A stretch of DNA of 64,000 nt from Mobula hypostoma (taxonomy: Eukaryota), in the NCBI RefSeq assembly GCF_963921235.1, contig NC_086097.1:230084001-230148000 (forward strand), in the 5' to 3' direction. A program made the position numbers and the translations under genes. The notes below the pieces were generated by a model. That model ran no database searches and was not told where the DNA came from. It saw only the letters and a list, made by a program, of their open reading frames with translations. Positions 41,190-54,368 of this stretch are shown piece by piece (the first letter of the stretch is position 1; each line of letters starts with the position of its first letter).

Positions 41190-42690
41190 TAAAATGATTT
41201 TAAAAAGATACTGTCTACTCCATCTATACCTCTCAATCTTATCAGCCCCTATCAGATCTCTCCTCACCCTCTGCTGCTCCAGAGAAAACAAACCAAGTTT
41301 GTCCAACCTCTCGTTATAGCATGTCCTCTAATCCAGGCAGCATCCTGGTAAAACTCTTCTGCACCATCTCCAAGGTCTTGACAACCTTCCTATAATGTGA
41401 TGACCAGAACTCTATGCAATGCACCAGATGTGGCCTAGCTACAGTTTCATAAAGCTGGAACACAAGTTCCTGACTTTTGAACTCAATGCCTTGACTAATA
41501 AAAGTATGCCATATGCCTTCTTGGCCAGCTGGTGGCATAGTGGCATCAGTGCCGGACTTCGAAGCGACGGATCCCGAATTCGAATCCAGCTGGCTCCCTT
41601 GCATGCTTTCCATCCGTGCTGGGTTGAGTGCCGAACTAGCAACTCGGCCTTGTAAAAATAATAAAGCCTGCTTAAAAAGAAACGCCGTCATGACAGCATC
41701 CCGATGACTCCACTCAGATTTAAGGGCTTTCTTCTTCTCTTCTTCTATATGCCTTCTTAACCATCCTATCAACCTGTGCAGCCACTTTAAGGGAGATCTG
41801 AATTTGGACCCCAAAATCCCTTTACACTTCCCGCCACTCTGCAAGAGCCAAGGCTCTTGCTCTTAACACTGTACTGTCCCTTTACATTTGACCTACCAAG
41901 GGGCACATTAGTCCAGGCTCTGCCCATATCTACAATTGATCTATATCCAGCTGTATTCTTTGCCAGTCTTCAACGCTATCCAACAACACCAAGCTTTGTA
42001 TCACCTGCAAACTTACTAACCTACCAAACAGTTTATTTTCATCCGGGTCTTTTATATACATCACAAACGGCAAAGGTGCAAATCCCTGCAGAACACCACT
42101 AATCACAAACCTCTAGCTAGAACAAGTCCCTTCAACCACTACCCTCTGTCTTCTATGGGCAAGTCAGCTCTGAATCCAAACAGCATGGATCCTATGTATC
42201 TTAATTTTCTAGATGAGCCTCCCATGAATGACCTTGTCAAACACCTTACCAAAATCCAGGTAGGTAACATCCACAGCTCTACCTTCACTAATCACCCTCG
42301 TCTCCTCGTTAACAAACATAATCAAGTTGGTGAGACATGACTTGCCCCACTCACAGCTATGTTGGCTCTCCCTAATTAGGCCATGGTTTCCCAAATGTCC
42401 AGAAATCCTATTCCTAAGGATTATTTCCTGAAACTTCCATACCACTGACATGAGACTCACTGGTCTATAGTTTCCAGGATGATGCCTAGTTCCTTTCTTG
42501 AATAATGGAACAACAATAGCTACTCGTCAGTCCTCCAAGACCTTGCCTGTGTCTAGAGTGGACAATGTCTTCTCTGGTCTCTCTCAAAAACCTGAGGTAC
42601 ATCCCACAGGCCCTGGGGACTTACCCACTTTAATGCTCTTTAAGAGACCGAACTCTACCTCCTTAATTTGAAAATGCCCTAGCATATCAA
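41190..42690 (-). mobile_element. Decayed CR1 RT fragment interrupted by a SINE
   Basis: GKSCLTNL...YLDFGKVFDKV and RPHLVHCIEFWS. Confidence 0.8.
41523..41746 (+). mobile_element. tRNA-derived SINE
   Basis: A-box-like TGGCATAGTGG, B-box-like ATTCGAATCC, (TTC)n tail, and a 12-bp TSD ATATGCCTTCTT. A related minus copy lies at ~31915-32090. Confidence 0.8.
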
Positions 42691-45600
42691 TACACTTTGC
42701 TTTAAGTATCTTTTGATCTTTGATAACCTAGGTGACCAACAATACAACAAGACATTAGTCAGGAAAGAAGATAGATTGTAATTTAATGAATATCACAAAT
42801 CTTTAATAGAAACATTTAAAATTGATTGAGGACCAAAGCAAGATGACATTCTCAAAATTTTCTGGTGGAAGAATTTGTGAAAAGCTAATTTCCAATAACT
42901 TCCATTTTTATATAACTAGGCAAACATTTTTCATTTAGAATATAAAAACTAGTAAGAACATTGATGTTGAAATTACAATGTGACAAGTATAACAAATGAA
43001 CTATATTTGCAGGAGATAATGGTTATTAAAAATAAAACCAAGGCAGAGAAATATGAGGCAAGAAATAGTTAGTCCTAAAAACTTGGAACGTTACACAGAA
43101 CAATATTTAATTTGCATATCAAAGAGACTTGCATAGTTACTCTGCATTATACCACTAGTGACAAATTCTATATCCCGGATGAGCCCACAGATATTGTCGC
43201 ATGAACAAAATCACCAGAAAGTACTGGTAGATATGAAGCAGTCTCTTTGTTTGATAAAAAGAGACACAGCAGGTATCATATTGAGACCCCTCTCGGAGGA
43301 AGAGGTACACTTGACATTTTATGTGCTAAAGATCAAAGGATAATTTCATATTTACAATGCATCCACAATGATTCCTTTGAAATACACACAACTTTCATGC
43401 CTCCCACTTCGCATCCACACCACAGCCACCAAATTAATTTTAATCAGCATTGTCTGGTCTTGTTAACTGTAATTCATGGCTCTCAAGAACCCATTGTTCA
43501 AAGCTGCATTTTAAATTTAATCTACAGTCCATATTCAGATTTGAAGATCGGTGGCTGAATTTAGCTTCTGAAGTTATTTGCTCTATGTGCTAACCTCAAA
43601 AAAGCTCTAACAGTTTACCCTTCTACAAAACTTCAGAACCAACTTTCCTTTCTCCAAATAGACCATTCTATAAACATATTTTGTTACTATTACAGCATGC
43701 AATAATAAGTGCCATTCAAATGGAAGGTAAATCTTGAAATGGCAGAATAGTGGTGCAGTATTAACACCAATGCCTCAGCTCCAGGAAACAGCATTAATTC
43801 CTGACTCGGTATGCTGTCTGGGTAGACTTCCTCTTTATAACTCTGTGAGGCTCTGTTGACTGCTCCAATTTCCCTCTATATCTCAAAAAATATTTAATGT
43901 TAATTGGCTACTGTCAATGACCCTTTAGCATGGGTCAGTAGAAAACAAGCGGGGTGCAATGGGAGTGATGCAATTGCTCTGTTGGGAAACAATATGCACT
44001 TGATTGGGTAAAAAGCAATCATCTGCAATCACAGCACCTCTGTACCTCTGTATGCTTATTCCACTGGCATGCAACCATGAACAAACATACAAATGTTCCT
44101 CTGTCACCAAGTACCATAATGTTTGGGTTTGCCAGTCTCAAAGTTCTAACCTCAAACAAATACCTTACGCCTTATCTGATACAGATAGCTATGGGTATAA
44201 CTCACTGAATATACTGTATCTACCTGTTCTTCAAAGACTAGTTCACTTCCCTGTTTATCCTCCACAGCAAGTTTAACCCCCCCCCCCCCCACCCCAGGAC
44301 ATGCTCTCTTCTCACTGCTGCTATCAGGAAGATGGTACAGGAGTATCAGGACTCACACCATCAGGATCAGGAACAGCTACTACTCCTCAACTATCAGGCT
44401 GTTGAATTGAAGGGAATAACTTCACTTGCCCTGTCACTGAAATTCTTCCACATCCAATGGACCCACTTTCAAGTACTCTTCATCTCATGTTCTCAATATT
44501 TATTGCTTATTTATTTATTATTATTTAAATACTATATCTATCTTTTTGTATTTGCCAGTTTGTTGTCTTCTGCACACTGGTTGAATTGATTATAATCTTT
44601 CATTGATTCCGTTATGGTTGTTATTCTCCAAATTTATTGAGTATGCCCACAAGAAAATGAATCTCAGTGTTATACATAGTGACATATATGTACTTTGACA
44701 ATAAATTTCCTTTGTACTTCAAACAATACCCGCTATTTGAGTGGTGGGTTCCCCTTCTCTGCCATGGATGGGGATATTTCCAGCTAACAAAATAGTTTAA
44801 ACACAGCTCATTTATTTCTAGTGATATATAATTAAAATCTGACAAAACAAAATACATTTAAAACTCTGGTACTCTTTTATTAGATAGAAAAACTTTTGAG
44901 TTTTACAAACAATTTCTAAAATGCAAAGGATTTCCAAAACACAGGCAAAATTCCAATAAGCGAAAAAGACACATCAAATTGTTCATCACAAAAATCAAAG
45001 GCATAGATATGGATTCCCCACCCCCATCTTTATGTCATCTTTTTGATGTTCCTGCATCATTCCTAACAGGTCTGACTACTCTCTACACTTATACTGTTTT
45101 TCTGCCACTTGGGTGACTTCAGAGTTCCCAGATTCCCACTATTACCAAATCAGCTATTTGATGTGCTAAGTGATGGTATCAATCTGGTCAGCAAGCTCCC
45201 TTTGACTAAATAACTTAGCCACATTGTCTGGTTTGAAACAAGCCCAATTACTGTAAAGAACTCTGTATTCTTACACTATAACTCTTGAGAATTCAGTCCA
45301 GGTGCTGTGGGTCAGTGCATTTGCTTGAAAAGCTGTCCTTTAAACTTCAGACAGATTATTGCTTACCAGCTGAAGTCTGGCTCCCATTTATGAAAGAAGC
45401 TGAACAAAGAATATTGGTTGGAAGTTTATTTTGCTCAAAACAATACCTTGATCTCTTAGAAGTTTCAACAACTATGTTAGAAGCAAAAAGAAAGGCCTCC
45501 TGTTCCTGGACCAGGAATCTCCATCACATAATTATATGTGTAACAAATCCAAGTGCCATCCACCCAGACGCTTGAAGCTGTTTAGTTATCCTGTTTATTA

Positions 45601-46674
45601 AGGACTCTTTAAACTAGGTTGGCACCACCGTACGTAACTAGATTAACACAAAACTGCATTGTGAACGTTCATTTCCAAGATTAGTTAAACATTATCTGAC
45701 CATATATTTGATTTGTTACAGTAAACTATCACATTCGCATGCAATCGATCAAAATCGTATAAAAGTTAATTAGATTTGGCATTGTCTATACAGTATTCAA
45801 AATCCTAAATTCAAATTCACCAGGCATGACAACGTGCTTTGTAAACCGAAGCATAATAAAAACCTCACATTTGGTTCGGGGTATACACGACAAAAAAAAA
45901 CGAGTAATTTGCACGCGATTAGAGGAATCTTAAATTATTTGCTTCCGAGACTGTTAGGCTTTAATTACAACTTCTTATTAATGTTTGAAAATACCGTCAC
46001 GAAATTATCTCGGAGAACAATTAAACGAAACGCGTAGTGCATCACACAACTCGCAACTCGACACAATTTACAGATTTGAATCCAAGTCACATAGGCAACT
46101 GTGACGGTTCTAATGAAGAACAATTTTTTTTCGATAAATGCGCGCAGCGCTAATGTATTTCCTTCACTGCGCGAAGTCAGACACTTCCATTTACTAGAAA
46201 AGATTGAAACTGAACTAAAACAGATCAAGTCATTTACTATTTTAATGATTTTAACCGTGTTATACCACATCAGCCTTCTTCATTGTATCCCTCAAGCAAC
46301 AAAGTATTACACAGTATACTGTACATCAACATCTGAAAACTGCCTTCGGCATGAGAAATTAATGATTCGTTTTAGATACTATTCCCTGTGATATGTCCCA
46401 ATTATTTCATCTATATTTTGCAAATCCAGCTGCCGAAAATTATAAAAGGGAAAACTTGCCACGAAAAATGTCGAACGAGTCCTCTAATTTGCGCAGCGGT
46501 TCCTCAACCCGAGTTGTTGGAAATTAAAGGCACTAGTGGCTTAGGTGCTGCACAAATATGAAGCAGTAGGTTGCAACGCTGTAACGGAGAGAATAGCGGG
46601 CTTGTTTTCCCTATGCAGTTCTCACAGAGCTTTGCTCAGCAGCGAGTCTGCCTGCCTCCAGCTGCCTTTCTTAC

Positions 46675-46740
46675 CTCCCTGCTGCTCCTCCCACACATTG
46701 GACCAGACACAACCCGCTGCAAACAGCTGGGAAGAGCACG
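46675..46740 (-). other. Putative first exon of an unidentified divergent transcript
   Basis: Consensus donor GAG|GTAAGA on the minus strand at 46675/46674, directly left of the NRF1 sites. The 5' end is a guess. Confidence 0.45.
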
Positions 46741-46930
46741 ACTGCGCCTGCGCACCCCTAGGGAACCCCAAAAAGAGCGGTGTCTGAAAAGCGAAGGGAT
46801 AATTGCACACGCACCTGCGCAGTGACATAGCCTGGATAAGATAAAGGACTACAATCCCCAGCGTGCACAGCGAGACTCGAGTCACGTGTGCTCTTTGACG
46901 ACGCCGGGTGCAGTGAAATGGCGGCGGTTA
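46700..46930. promoter_or_regulatory. CpG-rich housekeeping, probably bidirectional, promoter of MRPL53
   Basis: TGCGCCTGCGCA 46743-46754 and CGCACCTGCGCA 46810-46821 (NRF1-like); ACTACAATCCCCAGCGTGCAC 46848-46868 (ZNF143/THAP11 SBS-type); GTCACGTG 46881-46888 (E-box); AAATGGCGGC spanning the ATG (YY1-like). CpG is visibly enriched over ~45800-47030. Confidence 0.8.
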
Positions 46931-47009
46931 GGGCGAAAGTGGTGCTGAAAGCGGTGAAAGATATCAGCGTGCAGTTTTGTCCTTTCCAGTCCAATGTCCG
47001 AAGTGCCAG
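46918..47009 (+). CDS. MRPL53: MRPL53 (mitoribosomal protein mL53) coding exon 1
   Basis: ATG at 46918 gives MAAVRAKVVLKAVKDISVQFCPFQSNVRSA(R), resembling the mL53 N-terminus (human ...VKQVRVQFCPFEKNVESTR, from memory). Phase-2 donor AG|GTAGGG at 47010. Lies in the CpG-rich promoter. Confidence 0.93.
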
Positions 47010-47639
47010 GTAGGGAAGCCCTTCAGAATGAACGCACATTTTCCAGTAGCTTGCTAAGTGATTTTACGCCTGGAATAGACTTCCATTTAGCTACTGGAGT
47101 CTGAAGTTATGCCTGATTTGTGAGCTAATCCATAATCCCAGCCTTGCCCCATATGGCCAAGTAGATTTAGTGATCACTCTGATGCTTTAGCATTAAAATT
47201 AGAATTGATTGCTGTTTATGGAGGAGAGTTATCATTCGTACATAAATGTGTGGAAGGAACATTCTGGATATATAAACCAGATTACTTTTCTAATCACTTG
47301 CACTTTTATAGAAAAGCCTGAACTCTGCGCTTCTTGACTGTAAATATAATTTGACAAAAACAAAGAAAAAGCTGTAACCGTTGAAGGTAGATGGGGCAGT
47401 GTCAGTGGAGAGAATTTAACAGAAATTTAGTTGGATTTCCTGTCCTCACAGTACACGATTTCATGTCGATGGAAGGCCAGTTGGCGAGATTTTGCGTTTT
47501 GCATAACCCTTCTGTTAAGTGGCTGGCTTTGTACCCAGAACAGCTTTGGCTGGTGGTGAGCCCTCTCTGTAAACTCGCAAACTATTAAAGCTCTCCAACA
47601 TTTGCATTCAAGGCACTCAAACAACTGCGTCAAAATATA

Positions 47640-48247
47640 GAAATATAAAAACCGCAAACAATCAAACAACAATATGCAAACTATGCCAGTTGGAAATAAG
47701 TCCAGGACCAGCCTATTGGCTCAGGGTTTCTGACCCTCCAAGGGAGGAGCTGCGAAGTTCGATGGCCACAGGCAAGAACAACCTCCCATGACGCCCAGTG
47801 TTGTATCTCGGCAGAATATGGCCGGAGTTCAACAGCAAGGAGTTCAATATCCGGGCTATAAACATGTTCCTTGATCGTAATATGACCAGGATTGCACCAT
47901 CCGTTGTTAACCAGAACAGCAAGCCCCCAACTCCTTTACGCTTACCGCTCTCAGTGCACTTCCGGTCAGCCCGAACGGTCTGGAAGCCCTCCATGGAAAA
48001 GTTTTGGTCGGGTATGACCACGTGCAGTCCAAGTGGAGAACTCCTCTTCTCCATAAGTCTCTGTTGTCTTGACCCAGTCCTCTTTCCTCGCCTTTTTGAT
48101 CCCCCTCTGCATCTTCTGTGTGTTTTCCTCCAGATTTCAGCAGGGGTGTCCGCTGCTCTGTTCGCTAAACCGGCCGCATAAGCGCAATCAGCTGGTTCCT
48201 GGAATAAACAATGCGACCATACTGCTGCCTTGCTAATGAGACGTGTC
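47640..48247 (-). mobile_element. Third copy of the bipartite Rex1-like element
   Basis: ORF 47713-48054 is nearly identical to ORF 60733-61014. Confidence 0.7.
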
Positions 48248-49172
48248 CTAATTTAATGAACTTTACAGCCTTTATGACAACTGAAAGTGAAAGATTGAGA
48301 CGTCCTCCTAAGTTTTTAGCTACTAGGTGCTCCCTGTGAATGACGCAATGAATAGTAAAGACAGAAGGTATAACTCTTTTTAGATGGGCGATGAATCCTC
48401 TGTATCTACCAACCACAGAAGCGGCACCATCAGTTGAACGAGCAATTATATTCTCCATTGTAATATTGTTCTTGCTTAAGTAACTTTTGACCACTTCAAT
48501 TTGCTTGGCCTCATGCTTTCATTTGGCAACGTAATCATGCAGTTCAAACACGTGGGCAAAGACGGGTTTTGCAGAGATGCGATGGAAACCATATGATAAG
48601 TATTCCACTAAATACTACTGACACTTTTTTTTCGCCAAGGAACTCATGGGTAGATTTATTTCTGAAAATATTAAGCGCGCGAAATACAGATTCAAAAAAT
48701 TCAAATACTGACAAAAAATGCTGTCACCTGGAGCCAGGGATATTTTTTTCGGTGACTTCATATGCAGTAATAAACACTTCACAACCTACCGTAACATATA
48801 ATATATCCAAACACATACACTTTAAAGTTACTAGGTTAAAAAAGGCCTAGCAAGACACGCTGATCTTCAGAGAATGAAGTATGGCGATAATGGATGCGAG
48901 AACCCTTGATTGAATACGGTGCAGTCTGATTTGCGACTGACTCTGCAGTGAGGCTGTGTGGGAGGAGCTTAAGTAATGAATTTACCAGGTATGCCGAATT
49001 CAGACGGTGTGTTGGAAAGATATTATAAATAGGAGGGTAACTATTAACTCCAGTGAAGGTTGCTGCTTGGGTATTTCATCGGTTCAGTTACCAGGGCCCC
49101 CATAAACCCTTCTCACAGTTTTCAGTCGGTGGCCCCCTTTCAAATATGCCAGGCCCCCGTTGAGAATGGCTG
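48248..49172 (-). mobile_element. hAT (Buster/Charlie) transposon, internally deleted, one end visible
   Basis: TDGAASVVG...HCVIHREHL (DDE and CxxH motifs) fused directly to the N-terminal CLNCMITLPNESMRPSKL. Terminus CAGCCATTCTCAAC at 49172 is flanked by GTCTAGAG (nnnTAnnn). Confidence 0.8.
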
Positions 49173-49433
49173 GTCTAGAGCTCTTTAGGAGAAGGATGAT
49201 CTCTGATGTTACTTGAAGATAAACTTCAAAGAGCATGTTTGCTACAGTTATGTTATGCAGAGTTCAAAATTTAAGTGGTAAGAATAAGTGATTTGAAAAT
49301 TCAAAGTAAAATTTATTATCAGTACACATGTCACCACATAAAACCCTAAGTTTCTTTTACTGCGGGCAAATCTGGAGATAAGTAACTGTAAACAGAATCT
49401 GTAAGCTGTGAACAAACTGTGCAAATGCAGATA

Positions 49434-50985
49434 CAGGTGTCCCCCGCTTTTCGAACGTTCGCTTTACGAAACCTACGAAAGACCTACATTAATTCCCTGT
49501 TTTTGCTAACAGAAGGTGTTTTCACTGTTACGAAAAAAAGCAGCGCGCGTCCTGAACAGCCGCTGTCCCCCTGGATTCGGAACGGCATTCTTGCCGGCAT
49601 TGCTTAAACACGTGCCTGTGAGCAGCCGTTAGCAAGATGAGTTCTAAGGTATCGGAAAAGCCTAAAAGAGCTCGTAAGGGTGTTACACTTAGCGTAAAAC
49701 TAGACATAATTAAGCGTTTCGATCGTGGTGAACGAAGTAAGGACAAAGTGAGTTTGGCTTGTGGAAGTTGACGAAGATGATGTTGAAGAGGTTTTGGCAT
49801 CCCATGACCAAGAACTGATAGATGAAGAGCTGATGCAATTGGAAGAGGAAGGGATAACAATCGAAACCAAATGAGTAATGATAAAGTACGACTTTAATTT
49901 TGATTCGGTTTAGGGCATATTTGCAAGATGGTTTGAGTCCTTACAAAGAACTGTATGATCTAAAAATGCGGGAGGCTCGGCAGTCAAGCAAGCCTTCCAC
50001 ATCAGTCACAGCAGACGACGAACCTTGACCTTTGACATCGAGGTGGGCAATCATAGGAGAAGATGACCTGCCTACCCTCATGGAGATAGACCACAATGAG
50101 ATGACACCCCAGTGTCCCACCACCCCAACCCCCAGGCCGTGGACAGATACCGATTCGCGGAGAATGCAGCGGTAGCCGGGAGGCACACAGCACATCTTGA
50201 AGAAAAAAGTCGAAATAAACATGCTAATTAATTAGGTGCCGCCCGGCACGTAATTGTCGGCCCAGATCAGAGGGGATTGCCGATTGCGTCGCCTCTGATC
50301 TGGGCCGACAATTACGTGCCGGGTGGCACCTAATTAATTAGCATGTTTATTTTGGCTTTTTTCGTAAAGATGTGCTGTGTGCCTCCCGGCTACCGCTGTA
50401 CCCCTGCATGCTTCACGGATCGGTATCGGTTCGCTGCCCGGAGGGTGGGGGCCACTGCACCACCCAAACTCCGACAATTCAGACTAACACACCACCATCA
50501 ATGTGCTCGGTGCTGACTTCCAGATTCCTGTAAGTGATACTACACTGTACATACATTATTTCTACTTTATATCGGCTGTGTATTTTTACGTGTTATTTGG
50601 TATGATTTCGTAGCTTCATAGCTTAAAGGTTACTGGAGAGCACTTGCATGAGATTTTCTGCCGACGGCGCTTGCGCGTGTTTCTGCCGAGAGCGCTTGCG
50701 TGAGTTTTTCACTACGGAGAACAGTTCAGGCAATGATTGTTGAAAAGTATTTCTACTTTATATAGGCTGTGTATTTATCATATCATTCCTGCTTTTACTA
50801 TACGTTATTGTTATTTTAGGTTTTATGTGTTATTTGGCATGATTTGGTAGGTTATTTTTGGGTCTGCAAACGCTCACAAAATTTTCCCATATAAATAAAT
50901 GGTAATTGTTTCTTTACTTTACGACATTCCAGCTTACGAACTGTTTCATAGGAACACTCTACCTTCGGATGGCGGGGGAAACCTG
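49434..50985 (+). mobile_element. Tigger/pogo-like DNA transposon deletion derivative
   Basis: TIRs CAGGTGTCCCCCGC / GCGGGGGAAACCTG with TA on both sides. ATG 49637 gives MSSKVSEKPKRARKGVTLSVKLDIIKRFDRGE (CENP-B/psq HTH), joined to the acidic C-terminus EVDEDDVEEVLASHDQELIDEEL. Confidence 0.85.
50167..50398. repeat. Long palindrome (107-bp arms, 18-nt spacer)
   Basis: 50167-50273 is the reverse complement of 50292-50398, with 5 mismatches counted by eye. Confidence 0.95.
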
Positions 50986-51759
50986 TAATAAAAAAAAGCA
51001 GTAAATATCGAGCATGAAATAACAAGATAAAAGAGTCCTTAAATGAGTGTAGTTATACCCTTTTGTTCAAGAGCCTGTTGGTTGAGGGTTAGTAACTGTT
51101 CATGAATCTGGTGGTGTGAATCCTGAGGCACCTGTACCTTCTACCTGATGCCAGCAGCAAGAAGAGAGCATGGCCTGGCAAAATATATAGTTGTGACTAA
51201 GTAATGATATCAGAAAATGTGATGCCTTGGGTAAATTAAGTATTGAATACAGAATGCTTTAACAGTGGAAAGCATAACAAGAAGAAAATAATACAACAAC
51301 ATTAGGAGAAGAATGAATGGACAATCGGGGAAGAATAGATGAGGCATGACATGAAAATATCACATTTGGCTAAAATAGCTAGGCATAATTAAAATAATGA
51401 AAATTAAAGTAGATACAGGGCCAGGAAGGGATAATACAAACTCAGAATAGATGATATTGGTGCATATTTTGCCTCATATTTTTCACAGTGAAGACTAAGT
51501 GGAAATGACAACACACAGGCAAGGGAGATAATGACCTTGATATCACATACAAAATGCTAGAGGAACACAGCAGGTCAGACAGCATCTGTGGAGGGGAGTA
51601 TATTTCTAGCCCAAAACTCTTCATCAGGTCTGGAAAGGAAGGGGGAAGAAGCCAGAATAAAAGGTGGGGGGAGGGGAAGTGGTGCAAGCTGGATCACAGA
51701 GCAGGAGCAGCGAGTGAGAGTTTTGCTGATTTTGTTGTGAAGTTTGCAGCTCTTCCATT

Positions 51760-53490
51760 AAAGTTCAAAGTTCAGAGTAAATTTATATCAAAGTACATGT
51801 ATGTCACCATATGCAACCCTGAGATTCATTTTCTTGCAGGCATGCTCAATAAATCCGTAATGGAATCTGTGAAAGACTGCATCAACTTGGACATTCAACC
51901 AGTATGCAAAAGACAACAAACTGTGCAAATACAAAAAGAAATAAATATAACAATAAATAAACAATAAATGTTGAGAGAATGAGAAGAAGAGTCCTTGAAA
52001 GTAAGTCCATAGGTTGTGAGAACTTTGCAGTAATGTGGCAAGTGAAGTTGAATGAAGTTATCCCTACTGGTACAAGAGCCTGATGGTTGAGGGGTAATAA
52101 CTGTTCATGAGCCTGGTGGTGTGAGTCCTGAGGCTGCTGTATGTTCTTCCTGATGGCAGAAGCAGGAAAAGAGCATGACCTGGATGTTGGGGATCCCTGA
52201 TGATGGACGCTGCTTTCCTGCAACAACACTGTTCACTGTAGATTTTTGCTCGATGGTGGAGAGGGCTTTACCCATGATGGACTGAGCCATATCCACTACT
52301 TTTAGTAGGATTTCCCATTCAAGGGCATTGGTGTTTACATACTAGGCTGTCAGTATACTCACCACACATCTGTAGAAGTTTGTCAAAGTATTAGGTATCA
52401 CGCCAAATCTTTGCAAACTCCTAAGAAAGTAGAGATGCTGCCATGCTTTCTTTGTAATTGCACTTTTGTGTTAGGAACAGGACAGGTCCTCTGAAATGAT
52501 AATGGAATTTAAAGTCACAGACCTTCTTCACCTCTGATCCTCTCATGGACCTCTAGTTTCCTCCTCCTGAAGTCAATAATTGGCTCCTTGGTCTTGCTAA
52601 CATTGAGTAAGAAGTTGTTGTTGTAGCACCACTCACCTACATTTTCAGTCTTCCTCCTGTATGCTGATTCGTCACCAGCTTTGATTCAGCCCAGAGCGGT
52701 AATGTCATTGGCAAACTTGAATGTGGCATTGGAGCGGTGCTTAGCTACACAGTGGTAAGGGTAAAGACTGTAGAGCAGGTGGCTAAGCACATGGCCTTGT
52801 AGTGCACTTGTGGAGATTGGCAACATGTCCTCCACAATCTGAACTGACTGGGGTCTGCAAATGAGAAAATCGAGGATTCAATTGCACAAAGAGGTATTGA
52901 GGCCAGGGTCTTGAAGCTTATTGATTAGTTTGAGGGGATGATGGTATCGGATGCCGAGCTGTAATCAGTAAAGAGCATCCCGATGTATGTATCTCAGCTG
53001 TCCAGACCTGTTGTGCTGGTAGGTAAATTGGAGCAGATCCAAGACACTTCTCAAACAGGAGTTGATATGGTTCATCACCAACCCTTCACTGTAGATGTAA
53101 GTGCTGCTGGATGATAGTCACTGAGACAGGTTACCACATTCTTCTTAGGCATAGGTGTAAGTGAAGCATGTTTGAAGCAGATGGGTACCTCAGACTGCCG
53201 AAGTGAGAGGTTCAGAATCTTACTGAACATGCAAACCAGTTGATCAGTACAGGTCTTTAATACTTGGCCAGGTACCCTGACTAGGCCGGATGCTTTTCAT
53301 AGCTTCATCCTCCTGAAGACCGCTCAAGTGCTGTTTGCCTTAGAGACTGATATCACAGGATCAGCAAGGGCTGTGGTAGTTTGTGATGTTTCCTCCATCC
53401 TTTGATGGTCAAAGCAAGCATAGAAGGCATTGAGCTCATTTGGAAGTGAAGCCCTGTTGCTGCCTATGTCACTTGATTTTACCTCATAAG
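51760..53490 (-). mobile_element. Rex1/Babar-type LINE fragment
   Basis: Similar in reverse complement to 10285-11525 (DMAQSIMGKALSTIEQ). Confidence 0.75.
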
Positions 53491-53689
53491 AAGTGCAAGG
53501 CTAAGTGATAACGACTCTAGGCTTTGCATATGAACAGTCCAATGCACAAATCTAAAAGTTATTGGCAAATGTACTCTGCCCCTCCATTGTTCATGGGATT
53601 GGGAAAAGTGTGATAGCATGGACTGAAGCTTGGTTATTGCATGAAAGACAGAATCTGAATAATTGGGACTTTTCTAGGTTGTTAGATTA

Positions 53690-54368
53690 TGAAAACACTC
53701 AGACCTCTTTTATTGTCATTTAGAAATGCATACATGCATTACGAAATGATACAATGTTTCTCCGGAGTGATATCACAGAAAACAAGACAGACCAAAGACT
53801 AACACTGACAGAAGCACATAATTATAACATATAGTTACAGCAGTGCAAAGCAATACCATAATTTGATAAAGAACAGACCATGGGCACAGTAAAAAAAAAA
53901 GTCTCAAAGTCCCGAGTCGATCAACTCCCAAGTCCCCAATAGCGGCGGCAAAAGGGAGAAACTCCCTGCCATAAACCTCCAGGCACCGTCAACTTGCTGA
54001 TACCTTGGAAGCGGCCGACCCCAGCTGACACTGAGTCCATCCTTCCGAAAACTCCGAGCTTCCGACCAGCCTCTCTGATACAGCCTCCCGAGCGCCATCC
54101 TCTGCCGAGCGCCTTCAACCTCTCCCCGGCCGCTGAAACACGCAAAGTTGAGGATTTCGGGGCCTTCAGCTCCAGAGATTCGGTTACCACACAGTAGCAG
54201 CAGCAGCGAAGCAGGAATTTAAGAAGTTTTCCAGATGTCCTGCTGTGCTCTCACATCTGTCTCCATCAAATCAGAATTGTGCATGATCCCCTACTTGACA
54301 GATAACAGATATTCATCACTGAAGTGGCCGCGCGCACTGTTGTCGCGCTGCCATCTTCTCCCCCCTCC
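53690..54368 (-). mobile_element. Unclassified CpG-rich non-autonomous retroelement
   Basis: Begins AAGATGGCAGCGCG on the minus strand and ends with AATAAA. It splits a decayed CR1. Confidence 0.45.

Noticed and set aside
41523..41600. tRNA gene
   Set aside because: It is a SINE head with body, tail and TSD; no complete cloverleaf.
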